Source: Amphiscolops sp. MND2022 (lineage: Eukaryota). Taken from it: DNA of 64,000 nucleotides. Of this stretch, positions 35,604 through 48,500 are shown piece by piece; the first letter of the stretch is position 1, and each line of letters opens with the position of its first letter. The position numbers and the translations under genes are program-made. The notes below the pieces were generated by a model that was given only the letters and a program-made list of their open reading frames with translations, did not search any database and was not told the origin of the DNA. The stretch lies in the NCBI GenBank assembly GCA_964187785.1, contig OZ076411.1:12214001-12278000 (forward strand), given 5' to 3'.

Positions 35604-36271
35604 CAGGGGTGTAAAATAAATAATTTATTGATGAATAATTTTCAACACAGAGGCGAAGCGGTGCTTCGCAACACATGACGAAGACAACGATTATTTTAAT
35701 ATGCGTATATATATTATTTTAATCGCATGCGTATATATTCAACAGTTCAACTTTATTCAATAACGTCCTTATGGCACAGTGATTAACACTTATGCCGCGC
35801 AATCGGGTGGCTGCAGGTTGGAATCTCTCTGGGGTTTTGGCTTTTCTCTAAAAGGCGCTTATTATGAAGTTGGCTATTGTGGAAAAAAACTTTCTTAGCT
35901 GGACTGCAATGCACATTGACTTCGCCATGTGCAATAAATACAATAAAATTTTTATTCATTGTAGGCCAAAATTCAATAATGATTTGTTTGATTGCAACAA
36001 TAATTGTTTCCAATGTCTCAATAATTTTGGACCAACTGAGGATCTCAAGGAGTGAGCCAACATCCAACCTGTCTGAGCGATTATTAAGGTGTCGTTCGTG
36101 CTGTTTTTATCGATTATCGAAAGAAAACGACCCCAGTTAACGTGGAAGCGCAAATTTCCCTGAAATTCAACAAGGATTTCTCGGGCTCAAAACTAGTTTC
36201 TGCTGTCGTTGATGTTGATCCATAATTTATGAGCTACAATACAATAACAAATACAATATTTTACACCCCTG
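35604..36271. mobile_element. Non-autonomous hAT-type element (668 bp)
   Basis: TIRs CAGGGGTGTAAAA / TTTTACACCCCTG; 8-bp TSD GCTCCTAC / GCGCCTAC (7/8). Confidence 0.8.
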
Positions 36272-37501
36272 GCGCCTACAAAAGTTTAGTACAAAAGCAC
36301 CTAATGAGGAAATAGAAATGAACAAACCATTTCTTGGAATAAAAGGCCTTCCATTCAACGTTTTTCAACAGCATTACTTTTGACTCATATCGAATCCATT
36401 TTGCATCAAAACCAAATACTGTATCAATTCGTGTGTGTCTTTTCATGTTTTACCTTCAAATTCAATTCCAGCCCATAAGCATTGAACTGGATAAATTCGA
36501 TAATCTTCTGAGCAGAATAATTCATGACGTGACATAACGTCATCACATGTTGGTTTCGTTGCAAACATTTGATGAAGAAACGATATCTTGTCAAGTATAT
36601 TGCAATGCAACTGGTGATAAATGTTAGGCAAATGTCAAAGTTCACACAAAGGAAACAAAATATCAAAAAACAGTGCTAAAATCGATATTTCTACCCGAAC
36701 CTTTGCAGTGTAGGGGCTTGTAAAAGTATTTAAAAAATGAAGTCATTTGAACGAGGAATGTCACTTCCGACAGTTTCTAAAGTCCAAACTAGCGGTGGAA
36801 CTCGCTGAGCAACAACTTCGGGTATTAACAACTCCTCATGTCACTTCAACAACTCACCTTGAAACCCGCTTTTTTCGGTCTAGTTGAGTCAGTGATGAAC
36901 ATGTAAATATTCGAATTTGAATGATTTTAATCATTCAAATTTCAATTGATTCAGAAAGGTTTGTTTAAATGTTAAATGGAGTTTAAATTGCCAATTGAAA
37001 TTTAAATGTTCAAGAAATGTACTTTTCCACAAATTTTGAAAGCGTAAATCGACAATAAATCGTTGTAAATTCGCGTGTCAGAACACCGCTACACTTTCAA
37101 AAGTAGCAGCTATCAGTCTCGAAGAACCCACGCAAGTAATTATTGCTTTTGGAGACTTTTGAAAATCTCTTCCTTCACAGGGAGCCGAAATTCTTACTCA
37201 ACGTTTCAACAATGAATTCTGTGGTGACCTTCAAAATTTCATTTCCCTGCCTAATTCAAATTTCAATCTATATTTTTTAGTTTTGGAATTTTTAGTTTCA
37301 ATTTCAATTTTGAAAAAAAATGAATGAACATCAGAGTTTTTGTTTTTCAAACGAGTTCCACTGCATATCCAAAACATTAACGAAAATATAGCTGCAATAA
37401 AAGGCAATTGACGCTCTCGTTCGATATAAGACCTCGTTAAAAACAAAAGACCGATGATAACTTTTTGGCATAACAGATAGAAAAGATTGGATGCAAGAGT
37501 A

Positions 37502-37660
37502 CACTCAACTCCGTTTATAACGATATTCCGGTTATAGCGATAGAGTTTCACGGTCCCGGCCACCATGCTAGTATATAACGACTTTCGCCCATGACGATAT
37601 TCGGATATAACCATTAAAAAACGCCGGTCCCCAGGCAGTCGTTAAAAGCGGAGTTGAGTG
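37502..37660. mobile_element. Tc1/pogo-type MITE
   Basis: TA TSD; TIRs CACTCAACTCCGTTTATAACGA / TCGTTAAAAGCGGAGTTGAGTG. Confidence 0.85.
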
Positions 37661-38660
37661 TATAAGTAAGTATACAACAGAAACTTTATTGAGCAGATTA
37701 AAAAGGGACAGTGAGAGGATTGCATCTCCTACTTTATTTCCAAATAGGTTTGGAGTAGGAAGCACTGTGTTCGGGTGTTTTCACGACTCTGTAACCTAAG
37801 TGAATGAAAGTGAGAAGGAAATATAAAACACTCGTGCAAAGCCATGCATATTGAGCCAGCAGCTTGTGGCTGCGTACTACCACATATTTATATCAGTGAT
37901 GACAAGTTAAACGCGATTTTGAAAACAATATCTATATTGGCGCAATTAGCGTCGAAAAAAAACGTGCTTTAAACGCAAAGAAAATGACAATACACCTCAA
38001 TTTTCCTCGAATTCAGGTGATTCTAACTTTCACAACTTTTGTGACAGATCTCTCAACAATTAATGTAAACCAGGTGAAATTCGAAAAAAAAACTTTTATT
38101 TGATTCACCAAAGGAACTCAGTGCAAATAGTTCGAGAAAACTCAGCATCAAAAGGTGAAAAAGCTATTTCTTTGTATTAAGGTATGTTTTGATGGTAAGA
38201 CTTTCAAAAAAAAAGAGGAATGTTAAGTACACCAATTTGTATTTTTTGGAAACATCGACAGTTTTTGATAGGGGTTTTAATAGGGGTTCCAAAGTTCATT
38301 ACTAAACAAAGGATCAATTTTTTCATCACAAGACTTTAGATACAAAGACAAAAACATCGCATGGCATCTTAAGTTTTTTTCAGGAGCTGCTTTTCTTAGC
38401 AAAGTTGCCATGATCTTATTCCCAGATCCAATGAACTGTGTAAAAATGAAAACCACGACGAAAAGCCGCTTTTTAGTCTATAAAGCGTGGACTACAAATC
38501 AAAAAAGGATTCACAAAATCATTTCAACGGATAATTTTGGTGTTTTTGAAATTTTTAACTTCCGAAACGAAGCCTATTCCCTTGAACCACTTTTCAAAAC
38601 TCGCAGAAAATGTGTTTGAGTTTAGCTTGCCACCGCTGACTATAAAACATGCAAACTGAC

Positions 38661-40464
38661 TTTGTTTGTGCGAGATTCCCGGAGAGGGGCTCACAAACGC
38701 AGGGCTAGCTCCGGGTGTTTTGCGATTACTAGTCCTACCAGGTGACTTAGCCGTCTTCCTCCCTCCGGTGGCGTGGTTTTGATCGGCACCGCCCGCCCCG
38801 TTGAGATGCATGCCTTTGGATTTGGATGTGTTGGAAGAGGGGTTTCCGTCCTTCTTGAACGTGGACCAGTCGTAGATGAAGTCGTATTGATGATTGTTCA
38901 TGCGGAACAGCACTCGGAACAACTGACGAAGGTACATGTAGTCCGGGTTCTCATCAAACTTCAAGCCTTTGCAGTAGTTCAAGTACATCCCAAATTCACC
39001 AGGGAAGCTCTGAATGAGGAGCAAAAAGATTAGCGTCAATTTTCACCAAAACTCGTGAAACAGTGAAATTGAGAACTTTACCTTTGTGAGGACTTCAACA
39101 CTTGTGTCCAGTTTTTTCTGTGAAATACGCTCGTATTTCTGCTTTTTTGTTGCAGCTTTCAGTCCCTGCCATGGCAAACTACCGCGCATGAAGTACATGA
39201 TAACATATCCCAGAGATTCTAAGTCGTCACGTCGACTTTGCTCGATACCCAAATGAGCATTCACACTTGCGTAACGAGCAGTTCCTGTTAAGTTTTTGTC
39301 TTCTCGATATGGAATGTGAACTTTGGTTCGGGTATCACGATACCGTTTTGCAAGTCCGAAGTCGATAATGTAAAGCTTATTACAGTACTTGCCGATACCC
39401 ATCACAAAGTTTTCAGGTTTCATGTCTCTATGGATGAAAGATCGACTGTGAACATGTTCAACTCTTCCGATCATCTGAAAAGAAAAACATTTTCTCAAAT
39501 GGATTGGAAAATTAGTTAGAAGTTGGAACCTACTAAATGTAGCACTCACTTGATCCACGAGCATCAAAACAGTTTTTAGAGAGAATTTCCTCTGGCAGAA
39601 ATTGAACAAGTCTTCTAAATTGGGCCCCAGAAGCTCCATCACTAAGACATTGAAATCTTTTTCTTGACCAAACCACCTAAAATATTTTCCATGCAGTATA
39701 CGAAAACGGTGTAGTGTTCGATTGTGTTCACCGATTGATTTCAATTATAAGTGATTATCGAGTTAAATACAGTGGAAGCCGCTTATATGGGAGGGGTAAT
39801 CTTGTCTACTATATCCGTTGTTTCTTATATCAGTAGTCCGATTGACAGGTCAGGTAGGCCAGGGGACCGAAATATGCGTGTCAATTAAGCGTTGTCTCTT
39901 ATACGCGTGTCCCATTTAAGCGACTTCCACTGTGGCTTCAGTTGACACTCTAAATCACCATCCAATAATGATTCAAACGACATTTAGATTTTGCTAGCAT
40001 TGGAACTTATAGAACATCAAGCGTACTAGAAACTGTTTTCTTACTTGACAGAAGGTATACCATTTCCCCCTTGTAGAATTTTGTAAATTTTAGCTTCTGA
40101 ACTCAGCTGTGGGTGACGAGCTTTTGTAGGCTCCAACTTGACAGCAACTTCCTGAAAGGAGGCAAAAAATTTTCAAGAGCCCTTCTCTTGTTTCTATTTA
40201 TTAAAAAAAGACGTATCATAATCGAGGCAAGAGAAATTGGCAGGAAATAATAGTCAAATATTCAACTCAATACCCGAGAAAAAAAGCATACAAACACTGG
40301 TTTAATTTCATGGGACTAACCTCTCCAGTGTTAAAGTTGACGGCTTGATAAATGTCACCGAAAGAACCGGAGCCAAGTTTATGTTGCAGTCTGTATTTCA
40401 GTCCCACAACCAAAGAATTTGCAGTCGCATGTGATGATTTTGTTTGTCCACTAGTTTCCCCCAT
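38661..40464 (-). CDS. CSNK1A1: Casein kinase I alpha; exons 40321-40464, 40045-40151, 39550-39676, 39082-39474, and 39009 down to 38695 or 38661; 3' tail exons unresolved
   Basis: [99 protein letters not shown]; all four resolved introns GT-AG with consistent phases. Confidence 0.95.
39770..39932. mobile_element. Tc1/pogo-type MITE in CK1 intron 2
   Basis: TIRs CAGTGGAAGCCGCTTATATGGGA / TCCCATTTAAGCGACTTCCACTG; TA on left, TG on right. Confidence 0.85.
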
Positions 40465-41437
40465 TGATACGCGGCAATGAACTCAATCAGGCCTCAATTC
40501 GATTTTTAGAAAAGTCTACACATTGACTTAGTTGGTACAAAAACCGATTGTATCGTCAGAAAACTGCCATCCACCGGTTACATCTAACGAACATCAGACA
40601 TACTGAAAAAATTATTTAACCCGTATCAGATGTGTGAGTGAATTCATATACTAGTTTGCTTCATGTGAACAAAAGCGGCAAGAAACAAGCCGGGAACAAT
40701 CATTTTGCATCTACAATGGGAAACTATTGTGAACTTTTTCACCAGATTTACAGGCCTGGAAAAATCCCGAAGGCGTTACAATGACTCGAAAACCTACCTG
40801 GGAACATAGAAAACTCAAGGTTTTTCTCTCAATATCTGAAAAAGTTCCTTCATGAAAAGATCCGATGAAAAATTCCATAGTGCCGAGGTAATTCAATGGG
40901 TAAACGGGAACCGCAAGGAACCCGATCAAGCACTTGTGGTCCAAGGCGTTCGATTTGAAGCAAAGTGACCATTTACCCAAGACGTTCGGCCTGGAAAAAT
41001 TAGGCGACTGTTAGGGCCCCAACTCCTTCTGATCGTAGCTGGGTTTTCGGATTATTGAACATTAAATAATGTCAATACTTTATTTTCAGATGTGTGTTGA
41101 GAAAGTGATTCAGTAAAGTGAAGATAAAAATAAGAGGTACATGAACTAGCTGTCTGGTATAGTGGGTGGCTGTAAATAGGTCGAATTTTTCTGGTCGAAA
41201 GGACAGAGGTCGAACCTTTTGATGGAATTGCAGGGATCGAATGGAATGCGGTCGAATTTTATCGTATTTGTTGTATGGCTCGGTCGCTTCGCTCCCTTCG
41301 CCAGGTAGCAACATTGAGGCATGGCCATATGGCACGTCGCTCCGCTTCGCTTCGCTCCTGCATTCAGGGCACTAGGGGTATGTGAACATATATAGCCTAA
41401 TTGTTGTGATAAACTTATTAAATAGTTTCCGGTTGTG

Positions 41438-42250
41438 ATGCCTCCAAAAAGACAGACGAAGCAGACAAACAGCAAAAGTGCAACTACTGACCTCCTACCC
41501 TGTGCAAAAGAAACGTGTGGAAAATGTGATGTGGAGGTAGTTGACGGGGATTCAGCCCTGGCCTGTGAACAATGCCTCAGGTACTTCCACGGGGTCTGCT
41601 TGGGCGTAAACAATGCTGTGGTGACGGCAATGGGGAATCTCCCTGGGTGCTACTGGTTCTGTGAAGAGTGTGATGGACCTCAGCGGGCTCGTGTGGATCT
41701 GCCAAAGGAAACTGAAAAGCTAAGTAAAATGGTTTCTCATTTGAATACATTAGTAGCAAAGATTCCTCCTCTTGAGATACCAAAAACTCCTGATTCATCG
41801 ACTGCTAAAATAATGAATGTAATGACCGACGATTATAAATGTCAAGTACGTATCTCTGGCATTGAAGAAACTCCTGAAAACACTGCATCAAAACAGATGA
41901 TTAAAGATCAAGTTCAAATTGAAGAAGTCCTTGAGAAAATTGACTGTTCCTTCCCGATCAAAGGTGTAAGACGAATGGGCCGCTACTACCCAGGACGCAA
42001 ACGGAAAGTTTTAATAACATTCCAATCACCATGGGAAGCACGGCTGGTCATTGCCAAAGCGATTGAAAATAACCTCTTCCAGGAACACAAAGTACTGATT
42101 ACTCCTGGGCTTTCCAAAGAAGACGCATTGCGCGAGAAAACGCTCCTGCAAAAGAGATATGATATGATACAGAATGGCACTGATTCAAAAACTTTGAAAA
42201 TTAGAAAACTTAAACTCTACCAAAATGGCAAGGAGGTTCAAATTGAATGA
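41438..42250 (+). CDS. LINE-A ORF1 (PHD finger plus RRM-like domain), CR1/L2 group
   Basis: CGKC...CEQCLRYFHGVC...WFCEEC PHD; QVRISGIEE, RRMGRY, RKVLITF; intact; ATG at 41438. Confidence 0.9.
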   Translation: MPPKRQTKQTNSKSATTDLLPCAKETCGKCDVEVVDGDSALACEQCLRYFHGVCLGVNNAVVTAMGNLPGCYWFCEECDGPQRARVDLPKETEKLSKMVSHLNTLVAKIPPLEIPKTPDSSTAKIMNVMTDDYKCQVRISGIEETPENTASKQMIKDQVQIEEVLEKIDCSFPIKGVRRMGRYYPGRKRKVLITFQSPWEARLVIAKAIENNLFQEHKVLITPGLSKEDALREKTLLQKRYDMIQNGTDSKTLKIRKLKLYQNGKEVQIE

Positions 42251-42259
42251 CTCACAAAG

Positions 42260-45070
42260 TTGGAAGAAAAAGTTTCTAAAATTCTCTACTTGAATGTGCA
42301 AGGTCTCTTATCGTTCCAAAAATGTATTGATTTACAAAAGCTTTATCTGACTGGTTCATATGATTTGATGCTGTTATGCGAAACCTGGTTTGACGAAAAT
42401 GTTGAATCGATTATATTTCCTAATGACATCCCAACAGTCCTGAATCGAGCCGATCGGAAGGATGGTTCACATGGTGGTGTGGTGATATGTTCGAATACTT
42501 TGGATACATCTCCGGTCAAAACAAATTTCGACTTCGGTTGCGCTGTTATTTTCCAGAACTGCTTGGTGATAGTTATTTATAATCCTCCCCTGACCAGCAA
42601 ATACCGGATAATGGATAAACATCTCCTCAATTTTATTAAATCGGTTATTTGCAAAGCTTTTTGGTCGGTCGAGAAAAATATCTTAGTGTTAGGCGATTTC
42701 AATATCCCTTCGATTAATTGGGCACTCTTTCCCGCTCAAATTCCCGAGGAGTACTCCGAAGTTTTCAATTTCTTCATTCACAATGGCTTTGATCAATTAA
42801 TTCATCAAACGACCCATGACGGAGGCAATATTCTAGACCTTTGTTTTGCAAACTTTGACATTCAATCAATCTCTGTGTCGGGAAAAAATTTCCAGTCTGA
42901 CCACTTCGGAATAACTATTATTTTAGAAACTTTTCATCTTAAAAAGTGGGAAATGCCTCAATCCAACTCAACCTTCTCCCTTACTCCAGATGCGGTGGAA
43001 AACATAAAGCTTGACCTATCTGACAATATATTTTCAATGGTACAGCCAAATTCCGAATCTACTTATAGCCAGAATTGGTTCGATAATTTCGACGAAATTC
43101 TGAAGAAACACATGAGAAAGAAACGTCAAAAGCGTTTGAGTCTACCGTTCTATTACACTTCGCATTCGATTCACCTTTATAATCAATTGAAAACCCTTGC
43201 GTCTTCAACGAAAAATTACAACATATCAAAATTTATGTCAGTGAAAAAAGACCTCTTGGAGTCTATTGAGTTGGATATCCATTGTTTTGTTAACCATTTT
43301 GTTAGTAACAACACGAGAATGCATGACTGTTATAATCTAGTCAGATCTTTCAAAAATTCTTCGTCCTATCCCTCAAAAATGACATGGGAGAAAAAGAATT
43401 TCTCTGGTAAACCTGATATTGCCAATGCTTTCAACGACTTTTTCTTTTGCCAATATCAAGAATGTTCAACTATCAAAAATTTCAACAACTTCGATGAATT
43501 AGAATTGAATGATGTTGAAATCACTCTAGATGAAGTGTACTCAGTTCTAAACTGTTGCACGAATGGAACTGGACCGGATGGTCTTTCTGGGTTTCTACTG
43601 CGACAGATTTCCAACGAATTTAGCATTCATTTTCTTAAATTGGCAGAACACATTCTCAGTACATCAATTTTCCCTGCAAACTGGAAAACAACTTTCATTA
43701 GACCAATGCACAAAAAGAAATGTAAAACGGTAATCGAAAATTACAGACCTGTAGCATCTTTATCCCGTCTTTCAATTTGTTTTGAACGGCTCCTTTTTAA
43801 AAAACTTTATCCCCACTGCTCAAAAAAGATATCCCATTTACAGCATGGGTTCATGAAAAGCAAATCGATACAATCCCAATTGTTAATTCACTTAGATTAC
43901 ATATACAACAACCTCGACAGAGGAGATGAAGTTTTCACAGTTTATCTTGATTTCAGCAAAGCGTTTGATCGTGTTGATCATGAGATTTTATTGAAAAAGG
44001 TTGCCAGTTTTGGGATTGGTGGCAATATACTCAAACTCTTGAAAAGTTATCTCGAAGATCGTGAACAACGAGTTAAAATTGACGACTGTCTCTCAACTGC
44101 CCTTCCAATCAAAAGTGGTGTCCCCCAAGGCTCGGTTATTGGACCTTTATTATTTTTAATCTTCATTAATGATTTGCCTGGTGTTTGTGTCGACTCAATA
44201 ATGTTACTCTTTGCAGACGATTCGAAAATCTCAAATGCTGATCCCATTGAACTCCAGAATGATCTTATAAGGATTTATAACTGGGCGAAAGCAAATAAAA
44301 TGGAATTCAATAACACGAAAACTGAACTACTATGGTTTACTCTTCATCGCTATAAAATTTCTGATAGACGTGTATTGGTCTTTGATTCTAAAGATATTGA
44401 GTTTTCTACGGTCCCTATTAAAGATTTGGGTATCAATTTTACGTCTGATTTGAAATGGTCAGCCCACATCGATGTTCGTATTAGAAAAGCTTTTTCACGA
44501 TTCATGATGTTAAAGCGGTCCTTACCGACTACCTTACCGGCTAATGTAAAATCACAAGTTTACAAACTTTATATCCTACCAATAATCACCTATGGATCAG
44601 TCCTATGGTTTCCCAACAAGACTGATTTATCGAAATTAGAAGTCTTTCAAAATAAAGTTATTCGTTGGTTTGGACTTATAGATGATTATAAGGATCGGTT
44701 ATTAGCCCTAAATTTGCTTCCCTTTTCTCTGCTGTTTCAGTTGAACGACCTCCTATTCCTACATCAATGTATCGTGAACGATTCTCCGATATGTTCAGGA
44801 CTGCTCTACAAAGAATCTCTCCGCCATTATGACACCCGATTTTCATCACGAAAACTTCTCTTTAAAAAGAAAACAAGACTGAAGTCCACTGACAGCTTTT
44901 TCATAAACAGAGTTGTTAATCTAGCTAATTTCGTATCATCGAAATTCGAGATTGACTTCTTTGACACGACCTCATTTAAGCCTAAACTGAAAAATATTTT
45001 CCGAAACTACCTTAAATATGGCTATGATAAATCGGATTGTAGAAGGTTTTTGAAGTGCTATTGCTGTTGA
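42260..45070 (+). CDS. LINE-A ORF2 (APE endonuclease + reverse transcriptase), intact, CR1-like
   Basis: 936 codons without a stop: NVQGL, LCETW, LGDFNIP, ILDLC, SDH; NYRPVASL, YLDFSKAFDRVDH, GVPQGSVIGPLLFLIFINDL, LFADD, KDLG. Confidence 0.95.
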   Translation: MEEKVSKILYLNVQGLLSFQKCIDLQKLYLTGSYDLMLLCETWFDENVESIIFPNDIPTVLNRADRKDGSHGGVVICSNTLDTSPVKTNFDFGCAVIFQNCLVIVIYNPPLTSKYRIMDKHLLNFIKSVICKAFWSVEKNILVLGDFNIPSINWALFPAQIPEEYSEVFNFFIHNGFDQLIHQTTHDGGNILDLCFANFDIQSISVSGKNFQSDHFGITIILETFHLKKWEMPQSNSTFSLTPDAVENIKLDLSDNIFSMVQPNSESTYSQNWFDNFDEILKKHMRKKRQKRLSLPFYYTSHSIHLYNQLKTLASSTKNYNISKFMSVKKDLLESIELDIHCFVNHFVSNNTRMHDCYNLVRSFKNSSSYPSKMTWEKKNFSGKPDIANAFNDFFFCQYQECSTIKNFNNFDELELNDVEITLDEVYSVLNCCTNGTGPDGLSGFLLRQISNEFSIHFLKLAEHILSTSIFPANWKTTFIRPMHKKKCKTVIENYRPVASLSRLSICFERLLFKKLYPHCSKKISHLQHGFMKSKSIQSQLLIHLDYIYNNLDRGDEVFTVYLDFSKAFDRVDHEILLKKVASFGIGGNILKLLKSYLEDREQRVKIDDCLSTALPIKSGVPQGSVIGPLLFLIFINDLPGVCVDSIMLLFADDSKISNADPIELQNDLIRIYNWAKANKMEFNNTKTELLWFTLHRYKISDRRVLVFDSKDIEFSTVPIKDLGINFTSDLKWSAHIDVRIRKAFSRFMMLKRSLPTTLPANVKSQVYKLYILPIITYGSVLWFPNKTDLSKLEVFQNKVIRWFGLIDDYKDRLLALNLLPFSLLFQLNDLLFLHQCIVNDSPICSGLLYKESLRHYDTRFSSRKLLFKKKTRLKSTDSFFINRVVNLANFVSSKFEIDFFDTTSFKPKLKNIFRNYLKYGYDKSDCRRFLKCYCC

Positions 45071-45514
45071 TTTTTGTTTCTTATATTTTCAATCATAAAT
45101 AATCAGGCTGTTTAATATCTACAGAAAAGTAGAATTTAAGTCTTTTACTACTATCTGACTACGTTATGAAAATTTCGATCCGAGTTGTTTCGATTTCTTT
45201 CAAAAAATTTGAAATGTCGACCTGAGGACTATCTCTGATTTTCGATCCTGTTCTTTCGACCTACTTCCGCCCACCCTGGTATAGTCTGAGTTGGTTGAAC
45301 TTCGATAGTCCTCTGACCTTCATCGGTCTCTACCACCCCCGCTCGACGAGAGTCTCCGAGAGTTGTTGCTGGTCGATGGCGAACCACTGTGCTTGACCGT
45401 CTGTCGTGTCTCTGATGCTATGTTTAAAAAATTGAACAATAGAACCAGTACAGAAGTTAAGTACAATGCAGTCAGTTCAAATAAAATATAGCACCAGAGG
45501 GGACCCTCCAAAGG

Positions 45515-48500
45515 TTATTATTTCTAAACGGGGGAGGACCCTCCAAACACAAGGGCATCAACAAAAAACTATGTCTGCCAGACGTTCGCTACTTATTTTG
45601 ATTTTAATTTTTAATATCAATCTTTTAGTCTCATTTTCACCGATAGATTCATAATTGCGAGGTAATAGCTTCGTTTTTAGTAGATGATTCAGTAAGACAG
45701 TTCCACGATATTTTAGTGATTGTCGGCTAACTTGCGTTCGTGCTTCAGGTACAAAAAACATATTGGAAGAAACACAGTAAAAACAAGGTAATTTTTGTGG
45801 ATAAATACGCTCTTGATTTTATGCAGTTGACTTTCTCTACTAGAACGCACGGCGAATTTTAATAGTTCAAATACGTATAGATCAAAAACATTCATAATTT
45901 CGCTTCTTTTGAACAATTCATCCGATGGATGTCGTCTGTTTTTAAAATATGTAATACGGAGGATTTTTTTCTGAACAAGAAAAATATCATTCAGTACACT
46001 CTTCCTCGTGCACCCATATATCAAGAGTCCGTATTGGATAATTGGTTTCATGTATGTTTTATAATATCGTATCACTACCGAACTACTGGTGAAATGCCTT
46101 AGACGGTTAATAATGGATACATGTTTGGCTAATTTATTCAGTACTCGTTTGACGTGGAAACAATAAGTTAAATTTTTATCAAGTAAGATACCCAGATATT
46201 TAACGTATTCAGTACATGTTATTTCAGTATTTTTCAATACTATGCTTTCATCTTTGCAGTTTAAAAAATGGACCAACTCAGTTTTAGGAATATTTTGACT
46301 AAGTTTATTCATAGCCATCCATCCAGGAATGTGTTCAACTTCATCTTGTAATGTAGATGTCTCATTTTTGGGTCTCGCGTAAACGCAATTAGCATCATCC
46401 GCAAAGAGAAACGGAATAATGTTTTTACACGAGTTCGGGAAATCATTTACATAAATTATAAAGAGCAGTGGGCCAAGAATAGATCCTTGAGGAACGCCGC
46501 AGTCAATAAGTAATGGTTTTGAGACTTTACCCTTAATTGAAACACATTGACTTCGTTTACTTAGATATGATGTGAACCAATCCAAGCAAACCCCTCTGAC
46601 ACCGTATGCTTCGAGTTTATACAAGAGAAATTCATGATTTATTGTATCGAAGGCTTTTTGTAAATCAAGCAAAATACAAGAAATATCGATGTTAGAATTA
46701 TTCCTAATCATTTCTGTAATATCGGAAACAGCGTGGATGGGGCTCAGTTTTGACCTGAATCCAAATTGTCTTGGGTATAATAGCTTATTTTTATCCATGA
46801 AATTATATAATCGTTCATGCACAACACGTTCAAATATTTTGCTCAATACTGATAAAACAGATATGGGTCTGTAATTTTCACGTATAGATTTTTTGCCGGA
46901 TTTGTATATCGGTACCACTCTCGCAGCTTTCAAAACCTGAGGAAATGTTCCACTTTTTAGCGATTCATTCACGAGATGAGTTACTTTTTAACTATTACAT
47001 CGTGACTCACTTTTAGTATCTCTGCAGTCAGTCCATCTAGACCAGGAGATTTATGGTTCTTAAGATTTTTTATAAACCTCGAAATCTCAGTGCCATCAGC
47101 TGGATAAAAAAATAGTGATTTTTCATTAGTTTTTATACCTTGAGTCGTGAATGGGACATTATCAATTGAATCAGCTAAGGTTTTACTGATGGAAACAAAT
47201 TTTTCATTGAACGATTCGGCCACATCAATATCATCCGTAATCAATTCATTTTTATCATTCTTGACAACAAAGTTGGAATTTTTTGTTGCTTTACCAGTGA
47301 TTTTGTTTAGTTCTTTGTAGAAACATTTAGGATTATCGATAAGCCCATTCAGACGTGAATCGTAGTATTCGCGCTTGCTTTTACGAAGCTGCTGGTGCAC
47401 ATTATTTCTAGCTCTTGTGTAGCGTAGCTTGTTCTGATTGGTTTTACAGCGCTTGTATCTGTGGAAACTACAATTTCTTCGAATTAAGGCCTTTTTTACT
47501 TCCTTAGTGAACCAAGGTCTTACGGCATCTTGGTGTTCTGATTGTTTTTCAACTGTGAAAGCAATAACTGCTTCCGATATTGCATTGGCAAACGATTCAG
47601 TAGATGCATTGATGTCCTGTCCTAAATCTACAAGTTCCAGGCAATGTCTTAAGTAATTTAAACAGAGATTTGTTGCATTACCGTCCCGGAGAAACGGTCT
47701 ATCCTTAATAAAATGTTGAGAACGAATGGATTTAGATTTACTTATATTCAAATCAACGTAGGCTGCAAAATGGTCTGCAATATACGTCTTGATAACTCCA
47801 AATTCCAGAGGTCTTTGGTAGTCATTATGGATTATATGATCGATTAACGATTCTGAGTCAAGCGTTACACGGGTTGGTTCTTCGATTCCTTGGGCGCAAC
47901 CATGAATTTCCAACAATTTCAGATACCTATCTGCAACAGGGTTGCATTCCAAGAGGTCAATATTAATATCGCCTATTAGATAGTAGTTCTTAATTTGACT
48001 AAGAGACTCAAGAAGTAACTCAAACTGATCCAAGAAATCCTGTTTATTTACGGAAGGCGAGTTGTATAAGCATACAACGGTAAATTTTTCCTTATTCCTA
48101 GCGGTACAATTGACTCCAGTATAGTTTAGATCAGGAATAGAATCTTTCTGTATGTTAAGCTCCAAAAGTTCAAATGCCAGCGATTCATGGACATATATTG
48201 CAACACATTCATTTCTTGTTGAACCAGGATCAAATTCCATAGGTGCATTGGATTCTAGTGCGTAGGTATTTTTGTCTGAGGATTCAGTCATCCATGTTTC
48301 GGACAAGCAAATAATAGACGGTTTGTTTTCACGAAAGGTATCTATATGCGTTTCTAGTTCTTCAAAATTGTAGTCGATAGACCTTATGTTCAAATGAAAA
48401 ATCCATTCGTACTCAACACTTTGTTCTTTTAGGTTGTTTTTATGTTTAGGCTTTGATTTTTTACGTTTGAATTTGTAAGCTAGAGGGCCCCCTAACAAAA

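Larger units (their letters stand above)
41164..45276. mobile_element. MULE-like non-autonomous element containing LINE-A
   Basis: Perfect 9-bp TSD TGGTATAGT (41155-41163, 45277-45285); termini GGGTGGCTGTAAATAGGTCGAA / TTCGACCTACTTCCGCCCACCC. Confidence 0.8.
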
